This document shows, in pieces, positions 27,324 to 35,709 of a DNA stretch of 64,000 nt. Under the pieces are notes generated by a model. It had not been told where the DNA came from. It saw only the letters and a list, made by a program, of their open reading frames with translations, and made no database searches. The position numbers were made by a program, and so were the translations under genes. Origin of the DNA: a virus. Its lineage: Duplodnaviria > Caudoviricetes. The stretch spans positions 10,142-74,141 of IMG/VR virus record IMGVR_UViG_3300025936_000020; one strand, written 5' to 3'. Each line of letters starts with the position of its first letter. The stretch's first letter is position 1.

Positions 27324-27705
27324 CATAGTTCTCCAATGTGAGTTGTGCCCGAGAGAGACGGGCGTCGTTCTCAAGCTGGGGGACCTTGCCAAGAAGATAC
27401 CCGGCCTGAAGCTGGAGGGGAAGGGGAACCGCTTTCAGCACGGCGTCTGCGAAGTATGCAAGAAGGAGCTGGAGGGGGGTTGCACGTTCTTCATCGACGA
27501 CATCGGCCGGTGTATGAAGGTGGGGCTGGAGGCGACGAAGGAACATATCTTACCGGAGTACTGGGGCAAGGTCGTCAAGATCCCCCGGGCGGCCATGAGC
27601 GAGCTCGTTCGAAGCTGGGCAAAAGAGAACCTGAAGCTCGCGCCTATGGAGGAGGATCCAACTCAATCTCCACCAGCACTCCCGGGGCCTGAACAGGGCC
27701 GCTGA
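27298..27705 (+). CDS. Hypothetical protein with two Cys pairs
   Basis: CELC...CEVC. Confidence 0.6.
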   Translation: MSGLQKHTDIVLQCELCPRETGVVLKLGDLAKKIPGLKLEGKGNRFQHGVCEVCKKELEGGCTFFIDDIGRCMKVGLEATKEHILPEYWGKVVKIPRAAMSELVRSWAKENLKLAPMEEDPTQSPPALPGPEQGR

Positions 27706-28093
27706 CGTATCGCTTCCTCAAAACCTCCGTCACGATCTGCGAGTCATCTGCATACACCAAGCCGCTCAAGGCATCTTCGACAGCTCTGGCGAGCTTGAGC
27801 AAGTCAGGCCTTGCGGTCGGATAGGCAGGCGCCAAGATCGAAAGTCCGCTCTTTCTGAAATGCCCTTTCGGTCTGGCGAGGTAGAACGTAAACGTAGCTT
27901 TGAGCGGACCATCGAGCAACGGGCCTTTGTATTCCTCGTCAGCGAATCGTTTCACGTCGCCCTTCCAATCCTTCGAGCCCTTCGAAGCATCAACCACGGC
28001 GACTCGTCCTGTCAGGACTCCGGCCTTGCGTAAGGCAAATGCACGCTTACTGCCAGAGGGCTTAGGGGTTCCAGGTACGAAAAACGAGATCAT
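27644..28093 (-). CDS. rusA: RusA-like Holliday junction resolvase
   Basis: VPG.PKP, RPDLLKLARAVEDALSGLVYADDSQIV...KRY. Confidence 0.85.
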   Translation of the reverse strand: MISFFVPGTPKPSGSKRAFALRKAGVLTGRVAVVDASKGSKDWKGDVKRFADEEYKGPLLDGPLKATFTFYLARPKGHFRKSGLSILAPAYPTARPDLLKLARAVEDALSGLVYADDSQIVTEVLRKRYVSGPVQAPGVLVEIELDPPP

Positions 28094-28299
28094 TGCGGTG
28101 GCGGCGGAAGTTCCATCCAGTATTTGATACTCCATTCTGCCGGGTTATCCCATCCAAGCGGGAGCCAATTTCCTTTGATCATCCGCGCGATTATCCAAAC
28201 GCAACGCGCCCCGCGACCTCTTGTTTTACCCCTTCTCGCCCAAACGAGGACAGTGCGGTAGGTGCTCGGCAGGGCATCCTTTACGCTGATTGCGTTCAC
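28090..28299 (-). CDS. DUF551-like small phage protein
   Basis: ISVKDALP...VLVW...YWMELPPPP; GTGA/ATGA coupling. Confidence 0.7.
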   Translation of the reverse strand: MNAISVKDALPSTYRTVLVWARRGKTRGRGARCVWIIARMIKGNWLPLGWDNPAEWSIKYWMELPPPPQ

Positions 28300-28757
28300 G
28301 TCTTCTCCGGCAGTAGCGCCTTGTAGCCGCCGTCCTTCACGTGTTGGTAGAACGTGCGTTTCCCATCCCAAACGTAAGGCATGAAGACCTCCAGAGTATC
28401 AGCCTGCTTCATCTGAATCAGCGACATCTGGACGCCGACCCAGTCCTGCATGAGTTTCCAAGCGGTGCGTTCGGCTTGTTGCGCGAAGTCTTTGCGACTC
28501 TTTCTGCGCTTCCAATCATGCGGATGCCTCTCGCAATAATCCGCCCAAAACGCGTTGAGTGCGTCATCACGGTTGGCCGGCAATCGAACGGCAATCTTCG
28601 ATTCGCCCTGATCGATATGGAACGTCAACGCAACCGTTTCACCCTGCGGCCCATACTCCTTGGTGATTCCCCGGACACCGCACTGGATCAGGATTGATTC
28701 AATTCGGCCGATGGTGACAGCCACCGGAACTGTGCTTGTGTAATTGCGCAGGAACAT
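28296..28757 (-). CDS. Conserved phage hypothetical protein
   Basis: NYTS.V....TI..I..IL...G, QAERTAWKLMQDWV..Q. Confidence 0.75.
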   Translation of the reverse strand: MFLRNYTSTVPVAVTIGRIESILIQCGVRGITKEYGPQGETVALTFHIDQGESKIAVRLPANRDDALNAFWADYCERHPHDWKRRKSRKDFAQQAERTAWKLMQDWVGVQMSLIQMKQADTLEVFMPYVWDGKRTFYQHVKDGGYKALLPEKT

Positions 28758-28815
28758 GCAACCGGACTCTGACAGGATTCGGGCTGGCGGCAAGGAAATT
28801 AAATGAAAATATGTA

Positions 28816-28843
28816 TTGCCTGTAAACTGAAGCTCTGTATTCT
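28816..28843 (+). promoter_or_regulatory. Putative sigma70 promoter, near-leaderless
   Basis: TTGCCT-16 nt-TATTCT, 8 nt before ATG 28852; AT-rich upstream. Confidence 0.5.
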
Positions 28844-28851
28844 GCTCGGGC

Positions 28852-29022
28852 ATGAGCAAACAAGTTGAGCGAACCACCGTGGTAAGAATGTCGAAGTCAC
28901 TCCACGAGCGCATCAAAGCCCTGGCCGCAAGTCGCGGGATGAAGCTCCATGCGCTCGCCGATACAATGGCCAGAGTCTGGCTGTCGCTTCCCGAACATAA
29001 AGCGTTTCCGAAGAACAAGTGA
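28852..29022 (+). CDS. Ribbon-helix-helix DNA-binding protein (56 aa)
   Basis: Manual translation MSKQVERTTVVRMSKSLHERIKALAASRGMKLHALADTMARVWL... Confidence 0.7.
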   Translation: MSKQVERTTVVRMSKSLHERIKALAASRGMKLHALADTMARVWLSLPEHKAFPKNK

Positions 29023-29567
29023 GACAGCCTGGATTGTTTCAATGCGAGATCTGGAGGCCCGTTCCAGGGTTCGAAGGATATTATGAAATTTCCTGTCACG
29101 GCAGGATACGGTCGTTTGTTCCGCCAAATGGCAAAGGGCAGTGCCGACAGCCTAAGATTCTTGGTCCCGGCAAGCCGCGCTGTTACAGGAACTTTGTGTT
29201 TCGACGGCCAGGTGCCAGATGGAGGATTGGAGTGCATATCCTCGTTGCCAGATTGTTCATCGGTGTTCCGATGGGGTGCGGCCAGGATGCGGAGCCAAAC
29301 CACCTTGACGGAGATAAGTCCAATAATCATGCGGACAACTTGGAGTGGACAAACAGATCCGGAAATATTCAGCACGCCTACGACATGGGCCTTTCGAAAA
29401 GCGGCGAACAACATCCCTACGCCAAATTAACTGAGGAGGAGGTCAGGCAAATCCGGTCGCTAAGAATGCAGGGCATCAGTCAGTCTCAACTGGCGTCCAG
29501 GTTCGGCGTCTCTCAGAGTCGAATCAGTTTCATCGAGCACAGAAAATCATGGAGAAAAGTATTATGA
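29019..29567 (+). CDS. NUMOD4-HNH homing endonuclease
   Basis: EIWRPVPGFEGYYEIS..GRIRS; HILVARLF...NHLDGDKSNNHADNLEW; HTH. Confidence 0.9.
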   Translation: MRQPGLFQCEIWRPVPGFEGYYEISCHGRIRSFVPPNGKGQCRQPKILGPGKPRCYRNFVFRRPGARWRIGVHILVARLFIGVPMGCGQDAEPNHLDGDKSNNHADNLEWTNRSGNIQHAYDMGLSKSGEQHPYAKLTEEEVRQIRSLRMQGISQSQLASRFGVSQSRISFIEHRKSWRKVL

Positions 29568-30793
29568 ACGACTCAAACAACCCATTCGCCATTGCCGCCC
29601 TTCAGAGCGGCAGCGTATCAATCGCCCAAAGCCGCGCTGCTCAGGAAGTGCAGGCAGCAATGGTCATCGCCAAGAAGTTCCCCCGAAACGAAGAAGAGTG
29701 CATCGAGCGCATCCGCCGTTCGTGCAGTCGGCATTCTTTGGCAGAGGTCGCCACGTATGCTTACCCGCGCGGCGGGGCAACCGTCACCGGAGCCAGCATC
29801 CGACTGGCTGAATGCCTCGCGCAGAACTGGCAGAATATCGACTTCGGAATTGTCGAACTTGAGCAGCGCGATGGAGAGTCCACCGTGATGGCTTTCGCCC
29901 ACGACTTGGAAACAAATTCAAGGCAGACCAAGATCTTTCAGGTCCGACACGAACGCCGAGTTGGGCGCGGCGATGACTTCCGAATCGACAAGCTGACGGA
30001 CCCTCGGGACATTTACGAATTGGTAGCGAATCAAGGTGCTCGCCGCCTGCGGGCCTGCATCCTCGGAATCATCCCTGGCGACGTGACAGACATAGCTTTG
30101 GATCAATGCGAGAAGGCACTGGCCAGCGGCAACAAAGAACCTTTGATTGATCGCGTCAGAAAGATGGCTGCTGCCTTCGGCGAGTTCGGTGTGGTGGTGG
30201 CAATGTTGGAACAGCGGCTCGGTCATAAACTGGAAGCAACCATCGAGCAGGAACTTGTCGGACTCCGCAAAATCTTCGTCAGCCTAAAGGATGGAATGAG
30301 CAAGCGCGAAGACTGGTTCGACGTTAACGCCGTCCCGATCACTCGCCCCAAGTTCGACCGCGACGAGAAAGAGGAATCCGCCGCCGGACTGGCACCAGCG
30401 CAACCCCAATCTCCGCCAGCCGAACAACCGAGGCGCGGGCGAAAGAAAGCGGCAGAGGCCCAAAGCAACGAGTCCCAGGCCGCAGCGCCCGCGCCTGTTC
30501 AGCAGGCGGCTGCTCCAGTAACACCAACGCCCGCCCAAGCGCCGGTTCCTGCACCTACTCCAGCTCCAGCCGCATCCCTGTTCCAAAGCCCGGCCTACAC
30601 CCAGCTAAGGACCTGCATGACATCGAGCGGCGTCACGGATGCCGAACTGATCCAGCTCTGCCGGCATCGCGGCGTGATGACACCGCAGCAGGAGGAACTG
30701 ATGCAGCTCTCCGATGCCACACTGACTGATCTCACGAACAACTGGACTATTATCGCCGGGCAAGTTCGGCAGGATCGGAGAAGGACGCAATGA
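29564..30793 (+). CDS. Phage recombination (single-strand annealing-like) protein with Pro/Ala/Gln tail
   Basis: EVQAAM.IAKKFPR...YAYPRGG...GASIRLAE...ARRLRACIL..IP; next to a PD-(D/E)xK nuclease. Function inferred. Confidence 0.6.
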   Translation: MNDSNNPFAIAALQSGSVSIAQSRAAQEVQAAMVIAKKFPRNEEECIERIRRSCSRHSLAEVATYAYPRGGATVTGASIRLAECLAQNWQNIDFGIVELEQRDGESTVMAFAHDLETNSRQTKIFQVRHERRVGRGDDFRIDKLTDPRDIYELVANQGARRLRACILGIIPGDVTDIALDQCEKALASGNKEPLIDRVRKMAAAFGEFGVVVAMLEQRLGHKLEATIEQELVGLRKIFVSLKDGMSKREDWFDVNAVPITRPKFDRDEKEESAAGLAPAQPQSPPAEQPRRGRKKAAEAQSNESQAAAPAPVQQAAAPVTPTPAQAPVPAPTPAPAASLFQSPAYTQLRTCMTSSGVTDAELIQLCRHRGVMTPQQEELMQLSDATLTDLTNNWTIIAGQVRQDRRRTQ

Positions 30794-30963
30794 GACAAAA
30801 GCATAAAGCAAAGCAGCCAAGAGTGAAGCGACGATGCTTCCGATGCGACGGCACTGGTCAAGTCTGCAACGTGTGCGGCGAAACCGAATCGCAATGCAGG
30901 TGCGAGGGAGCGGATGCGGGAAACTTGGGCGATTGCCCTGACTGCAAAGGAACAGGAAAATGA
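30790..30963 (+). CDS. DnaJ-type Zn-finger small protein
   Basis: CFRCDGTG...CNVCG...CPDCKGTG; ATGA overlaps at both ends. Confidence 0.7.
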   Translation: MRQKHKAKQPRVKRRCFRCDGTGQVCNVCGETESQCRCEGADAGNLGDCPDCKGTGK

Positions 30964-31145
30964 ACGAAACACCACCCGAAGTACAGAACGCGGTCCTGAT
31001 AGCTGGGGAATTAGCGGGACTGAGTTTCAAGTTAAACGCCGATGCACTCGAAAAGTGGCTCGACACGAAGCCCGAAGGATTCAATTACGAATCGTGGTGC
31101 CGTGCGGCCATTGCCTTCAAGCGGGCAGTCCATACCATCCTATGA
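30960..31145 (+). CDS. Small hypothetical protein
   Basis: Coupled chain. Confidence 0.55.
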   Translation: MNETPPEVQNAVLIAGELAGLSFKLNADALEKWLDTKPEGFNYESWCRAAIAFKRAVHTIL

Positions 31146-31390
31146 ACCCCGCCCTGTTCCGCCCATCGTCCATGCTCCGAAGATCGAAGTGTCCGGGGTC
31201 GATGGCTCTTGAATCAACGATCACGCAGATCGACGACGAAGACGAGTACCAAGCGGAAGGGAACTTATTGCATGCCCTGACAGCGGACCCGTTACAATCC
31301 AGGGCCGGGCTGGAACCCGCCCAGCTTGATCTTGTCGAGACCGTGGAGAAGGCGGAAGCTGAGTTTATCGAGAAGATCCTGAAACTTTGA
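31142..31390 (+). CDS. N-terminal fragment of a Cas4/AddB-like (DUF2800-like) nuclease
   Basis: FRPSS...CPGS...EG..LH: typical N-terminus of phage PD-(D/E)xK exonucleases; stops after 82 aa. Confidence 0.7.
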   Translation: MNPALFRPSSMLRRSKCPGSMALESTITQIDDEDEYQAEGNLLHALTADPLQSRAGLEPAQLDLVETVEKAEAEFIEKILKL

Positions 31391-31480
31391 CGCGAGGCGT
31401 CTGCTGGGCAGAAAGGGTTGGCGGTGGAGAAGTAGCCCTTCTCTCGCGCACCTGTCCACCAGCCTGAAAGGTGAAAGGCG
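31391..31480 (+). ncRNA. Structured element directly after the nuclease N-fragment stop
   Basis: CGCGAG/CTCGCG outer helix, AGAAAGGGTT/AGCCCTTCT hairpin, loop GGTGGA complementary to downstream TCCACC, GAAA tetraloop. Confidence 0.45.
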
Positions 31481-31503
31481 CACGAGAAACCGTCATAAAA
31501 TCT

Positions 31504-31773
31504 ATGCACAAAGAACAACTGCTGGCCGCAGTGAATCTCGAACAAGAGGAACTGCCAAAAGACTGGGAGCTTCCAGTACACTGGGATATGACCTGCCTGA
31601 TAGCAGTCATCGGAACGCTTCAACTCGCCATGCGCCATCCCCAGTTCAAGAAGCGGCCCACGCATGCGATGATCCGGCAGGTCATCGATCAACTCATCGG
31701 CGGTATTCCGGAAAACATGCCAGCCACGCGCGAGCTGGCCCGGCTGGGAGACAATCCGAAGTACGATCTCTGA
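31504..31773 (+). CDS. Small phage protein inside the split nuclease
   Basis: ...IAVIGTLQLAMRHP...; 89 aa from ATG 31504. Confidence 0.65.
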   Translation: MHKEQLLAAVNLEQEELPKDWELPVHWDMTCLIAVIGTLQLAMRHPQFKKRPTHAMIRQVIDQLIGGIPENMPATRELARLGDNPKYDL

Positions 31774-31775
31774 CC

Positions 31776-32627
31776 GTGCTGGACTACTTGGAAATCACCG
31801 AGCAGGAGTTCTCGCTGAAGCGTGGCGACAAGACCATTCTCAAGGGAACCCCGGACTCGGTGCGGGTGTATCACAGCCGGAACCGGGTGGCCGTCTTCGA
31901 GCGGAAGTTTGGATTCAAGGAGGTCCAGCCCGCCGATGCAAACTTGCAGCTGCGCACATACTTGGTGATGGTAGCCAGAACTTATCCAGCCGCCAATTAC
32001 TATGGGTGCCTTACCCAGCCTAGAATCTCCTCCAAACCGCAGATCGTTCAGTACACCGAGGCTGAAATCTTCCAAGCCGAGGATGAGATCTTCCGGATTC
32101 ACGACGCCTGCTACGGTGAAGATCCGCCGCGCCATGCGTCCAACGAAGCGTGCGAACACTGTAGCGCCAAGGCCCTGTGCCCTGAGTTCGCCCAGTGGAC
32201 ATCGGCGGTGGTGAAGGCTCAGCATCTTCCGGTAGGACAATGGACCGACGCTCAGATGGAGACTTTCCTTTTGCGCCAAGGCATCCTGGTAAAGTTCATC
32301 AAGGATACTCTCGATCAGATCAAGCTCATCAAGCAGGCTAATCCAGAACGACTCCCCGGCTGGTCGTTCAAACCTGGGAACGAAGTCCGCACGGTGACGG
32401 ACCTTGTTAAAGCCTGGAGCGCCCTCCAATCTCACATGAGCGCCCTGGAGTTCAGCGGTGAGTGCGACGTGAGCATCGGCGGTCTAGAGAAGGTGATCTG
32501 GCAGAAGCGCCAGGACGACCCATCGCTGGGCAAGCTGACGCAGAAGGGCGTGAAGGCGCTGGTGAACGATTTGTTGAAGGATGTGTTGGTCAAAAAAAAG
32601 AATCGGCCAAGTCTGGAGAAGGAATGA
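31776..32627 (+). CDS. C-terminal fragment of the Cas4/AddB-like nuclease
   Basis: GTPD...FERKFG (PD-ExK), QLRTY, CEHCSAKALC (CxxCx5C). Confidence 0.75.
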   Translation: MLDYLEITEQEFSLKRGDKTILKGTPDSVRVYHSRNRVAVFERKFGFKEVQPADANLQLRTYLVMVARTYPAANYYGCLTQPRISSKPQIVQYTEAEIFQAEDEIFRIHDACYGEDPPRHASNEACEHCSAKALCPEFAQWTSAVVKAQHLPVGQWTDAQMETFLLRQGILVKFIKDTLDQIKLIKQANPERLPGWSFKPGNEVRTVTDLVKAWSALQSHMSALEFSGECDVSIGGLEKVIWQKRQDDPSLGKLTQKGVKALVNDLLKDVLVKKKNRPSLEKE

Positions 32628-32818
32628 AAAGCGAACTCAATCCGGCCAAGCATAATATTTTGACCGGATCAACTGTAGTCGAAATCTGGTACGACGGACA
32701 ATATATTGGCGCAGTCTATGGAGCTGACGGACCTGGCATCCGCGTAATCAGCAAGCACGAGATCCATGTCGAGACTCTTGTGGATGGGCTCAACGTGGCC
32801 GAAATCCGTCTGAAGTAA
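32624..32818 (+). CDS. Small hypothetical protein
   Basis: ATGA-coupled. Confidence 0.55.
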   Translation: MKSELNPAKHNILTGSTVVEIWYDGQYIGAVYGADGPGIRVISKHEIHVETLVDGLNVAEIRLK

Positions 32819-32823
32819 TCGTT

Positions 32824-33207
32824 ATGCTTGACGAAGAACGTATCCCGCCGGCCGCACCTCCAGGCCTGGTCGAAACCTTGGACCGCCTCCCGCCCTGCAT
32901 CGTGCGGCTGGTCGCGCGCAAGCCCGGCCACCACGGCCAGCGCATGTCCCTGCACGAGATCGCCAGGGCTTCTGGCCTGTCCTATGGAACGGTGCTCCGG
33001 TTGTCCATGAAAAAGACCTGGGCCAACGTGCCGCCGAACCGGATCGATCCGTTCTGCAAGGCCTGCGGTGTGAACCTGCTGCACCCGAGCAAGACGCGTC
33101 GGTATTTGAAGCGCGTGCTCAACCTGCCGAATGGGTATAAACTGCTGTCTGCGAAACGCGGGCTTGGATGCCCTGCGAATGTAATGAAACTGCTTATATC
33201 TCTATGA
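32824..33207 (+). CDS. HTH (XRE-like) DNA-binding protein
   Basis: MSLHEIARASGLSYGTVLRL helix-turn-helix. Confidence 0.7.
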   Translation: MLDEERIPPAAPPGLVETLDRLPPCIVRLVARKPGHHGQRMSLHEIARASGLSYGTVLRLSMKKTWANVPPNRIDPFCKACGVNLLHPSKTRRYLKRVLNLPNGYKLLSAKRGLGCPANVMKLLISL

Positions 33208-33404
33208 GCACTAAATCTGTGAGGTTTGAATTGGAAGGGCAACACGTTCACGGCTCACAGTGGTCGGTTATCGAGATTCACACGACAGAAGGCGCAGCTC
33301 GAAAAGGTGAACGAGAGTATAGGAAGTTCAACTCCGCGCAAAAAGTCAAAGGGTGGCGTGGCTTTCGAGTGATGCAGGTAACAACAGTTCGGAAAGTATT
33401 ATGA
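33204..33404 (+). CDS. Small hypothetical protein
   Basis: ATGA-coupled at both ends. Confidence 0.55.
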   Translation: MSTKSVRFELEGQHVHGSQWSVIEIHTTEGAARKGEREYRKFNSAQKVKGWRGFRVMQVTTVRKVL

Positions 33405-34378
33405 GCGAAGAACAACCCATCTCCCCACTGGGACCGAACAAGGCCCCGACCGTCGCCAACTGGGTGGAGCAATACAAGGAACTGAACAAACATCGCTGGT
33501 CGTGGGGCCATCTTCAGATCGTCGATCTGGAGATGCGACGACTGGCGCTGTTCTTCGGCCCCAGGGAGTTCACGCCGCAGGTGCTCGCCGAGTTTTGGGC
33601 GGAGACCCATGCCAGGAAAGCGAAGCCGTGGACGATCCATAAGACGCTCAGGGAGGTCAGGACTTTCGTTCTGTGGCTCGACGCAATGGAGTTCGTGGAT
33701 TACAAGAGATTCGCGAGCATCATCCGCGTGCCGCCCCCGCCTAAAGTAGCTGCGAAGATCTTCACTGAGACCCAGTACGAGAGACTGAAGGCGGCGGCCA
33801 AGGGGACGTATTGGTACTACGCGGTGATCATGGCCTACAGGACCGGAGCGAGGTACTCGGACGTCGCGCTGCTGAAGTGGGAGAACGTGCATCTGGACGA
33901 ATGCTACGTGCGCTATCTCCCGTTCAAAACCCGGAAGACGGGAAAGGAAGCCGTGTGCCCGTTCGATGTGGGCGGGGATCTGCACCAGGTCCTTCAGGAG
34001 ATGAGCCTGTGCAAAGGCGCGAACCTGAATGGATGGGGGGCCTACGTCTGCCCGGACATGGCCATGACCTATCCGGTCAACGGCGGAGCCTGCGGTGCCG
34101 GACCGCAGAAACGGCTTGCGTTCAAAACGCTTTGCGAGAAGAACGGATGCGCCGGCCTTTCATTCCACAAACTCAGAAACTCCTTCATGTCCCGGCTGGT
34201 CGGCAGCGGTGCGTCATATCCGCAAGCCACTCAGATCACCGGGTTGGCCACTACAGCGGTGTTCAACGCGTACGCCAAGCCGGACGTCGAAGCGCTCAGG
34301 AAGGTGGTGGAGAAGGCGGACAAAAAGGATGATCCGCCCACCGAGGGAACGATCATCAAACTACCGGGGGCTGCATGA
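33401..34378 (+). CDS. Tyrosine recombinase/integrase
   Basis: YRTGARYSDV (R), PFKT (K), FHKLRNSF (HxxR), C-terminal FNAY (Y). Confidence 0.85.
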   Translation: MSEEQPISPLGPNKAPTVANWVEQYKELNKHRWSWGHLQIVDLEMRRLALFFGPREFTPQVLAEFWAETHARKAKPWTIHKTLREVRTFVLWLDAMEFVDYKRFASIIRVPPPPKVAAKIFTETQYERLKAAAKGTYWYYAVIMAYRTGARYSDVALLKWENVHLDECYVRYLPFKTRKTGKEAVCPFDVGGDLHQVLQEMSLCKGANLNGWGAYVCPDMAMTYPVNGGACGAGPQKRLAFKTLCEKNGCAGLSFHKLRNSFMSRLVGSGASYPQATQITGLATTAVFNAYAKPDVEALRKVVEKADKKDDPPTEGTIIKLPGAA

Positions 34379-34379
34379 C

Positions 34380-35036
34380 TCATCTCCAACGCCTAATAAT
34401 CAACGGCGCGAAGAATGCAGTTTCGGTTTCCCATCCTCTTCGGATTCGAGCACGGACACGATTATAACTAACTCCGAAATGCGAGCAGACATCCTTAAGG
34501 CAGCCGCTAACGCCGCGCACCGTAACTGTTATGATCTTGCGACCATTCCTGCGCTGCTCCGGTGTTGTCTCCCAGCGGCAATTCGCTGGCGAATATGGGC
34601 CATCGTTGTCTCGGCGATCCAGCGTGAGTCCGGCGGGTGCTTCTCCCATATCGTAAAGAAAGTTAACGAACGACGACCGCCAGCGTTCGCAGACTTGGAT
34701 TCCACGACCGCCGTAATCACAGTAGCTATGGTTATTCGGGTTCTCGCACCTTTGAATCATGTTGGCCCAGGCATGGTAGGTTTTGGTCATTCCGGTCCTG
34801 CTAGAGTGCCCGTGAGTTGTGCATCTCTGAGTTGTGACTTGAGGCAGAAGGCATCCGCAAGACCGAGTACTGCCCATTCTCAAACAGTAGTTCCGAACAA
34901 TAACCTCTCTTCCGCAATCACATCGGCAAAGGCTCGCGCTTTGACATTTCCCGTTTCCGCCGCGAATAGAGGCGGCGATTGCAATCACGGTAAGTCTTCC
35001 AAACTGCGAACCGACAGGCAATCTTATGGCAGGCAT
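34380..35036 (-). CDS. HNH-like homing endonuclease (FGRLTV...CRCDCG...SCGC type)
   Basis: GSQFGRLTVI, CRCDCG, SCGCL, YGGRGI.VCERW, TLDRRDNDG.YSPANCRW. Confidence 0.85.
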   Translation of the reverse strand: MPAIRLPVGSQFGRLTVIAIAASIRGGNGKCQSASLCRCDCGREVIVRNYCLRMGSTRSCGCLLPQVTTQRCTTHGHSSRTGMTKTYHAWANMIQRCENPNNHSYCDYGGRGIQVCERWRSSFVNFLYDMGEAPAGLTLDRRDNDGPYSPANCRWETTPEQRRNGRKIITVTVRGVSGCLKDVCSHFGVSYNRVRARIRRGWETETAFFAPLIIRRWR

Positions 35037-35121
35037 AACAGCGACCCTTTCGTTGTTGTGTTTAGTTGCGGAGGTCAGCATCAACTGGCCTCCGCAACGA
35101 TCATGTGCGGTTCTTAATTCT

Positions 35122-35709
35122 ATGCAAGTCCAATTCAGAGACATACTGCAAGCCGTCTCGGGGAAGCACAAAGGAGTATTGTGCCAAGTATTATCAGTCT
35201 CCGACGACGGGGCCGATGTGTTGAGCCTGTCATTCGATGGCTCACAGTATTTAATCAAGATCCCATCATCGGAGTTTGATTCGTGGCGGAAGACCGGAGG
35301 CCTCGCGGTGCTTGGTCCGAAACCAGATTCCATCGTGGGCACGGCAGCGCTTGGGCCTGGAACCGGGGCTTCGCCTGCTCCGGTTTTACAGCCTGCCGTG
35401 CCCCCTCCGCTTAATCCAGAGGAACTGCTTGCACCGTTGCCTCCAGAGGTAAAAGCGCAACCGATGAATCAGCCGGCGAATGAACCTAAGAAACCGAAAG
35501 AGAAGAAGCCGAAACCCGAGCCGTTCTCCGGAGCCTTGGTGCCCTACATCTTCACGGTGACCAATGGCGCAGGGGACACGGCCGAAGTCCCTCTAAAGGT
35601 GCGCGCGGACAAGAAGACTTCTCGGTACAAAGGAGCCGCCATCATCCAGGCGCTAAAGGTGCTCGCACCGACAAAGCCCTACAAGGTGGAGTGCAGGAGG
35701 ATCGATTGA
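35122..35709 (+). CDS. Hypothetical protein with Pro-rich linker
   Basis: SH3/KOW-like N-terminus, P/K-rich middle. Confidence 0.6.
   Translation: MQVQFRDILQAVSGKHKGVLCQVLSVSDDGADVLSLSFDGSQYLIKIPSSEFDSWRKTGGLAVLGPKPDSIVGTAALGPGTGASPAPVLQPAVPPPLNPEELLAPLPPEVKAQPMNQPANEPKKPKEKKPKPEPFSGALVPYIFTVTNGAGDTAEVPLKVRADKKTSRYKGAAIIQALKVLAPTKPYKVECRRID

Noticed and set aside
28758-29414. Long N-terminal extension of the 28296..29414 ORF
   Set aside because: It overlaps the RHH and HNH genes on the other strand; the real start is ATG 28757.
30400-30600. Pro/Ala/Gln repeats in the recombination protein as a DNA repeat element
   Set aside because: A low-complexity protein linker with diverged codons.
31388-31772. 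Canonical group I or group II intron
   Set aside because: No recognisable P7/catalytic core, no GUGCG 5' end or domain V, and most of the insert is an ordinary ORF; kept only as an open hypothesis.
35037-35342. N-terminal extension of the 34380 endonuclease ORF
   Set aside because: It overlaps the plus-strand gene at 35122; family motifs begin after ATG 35036.
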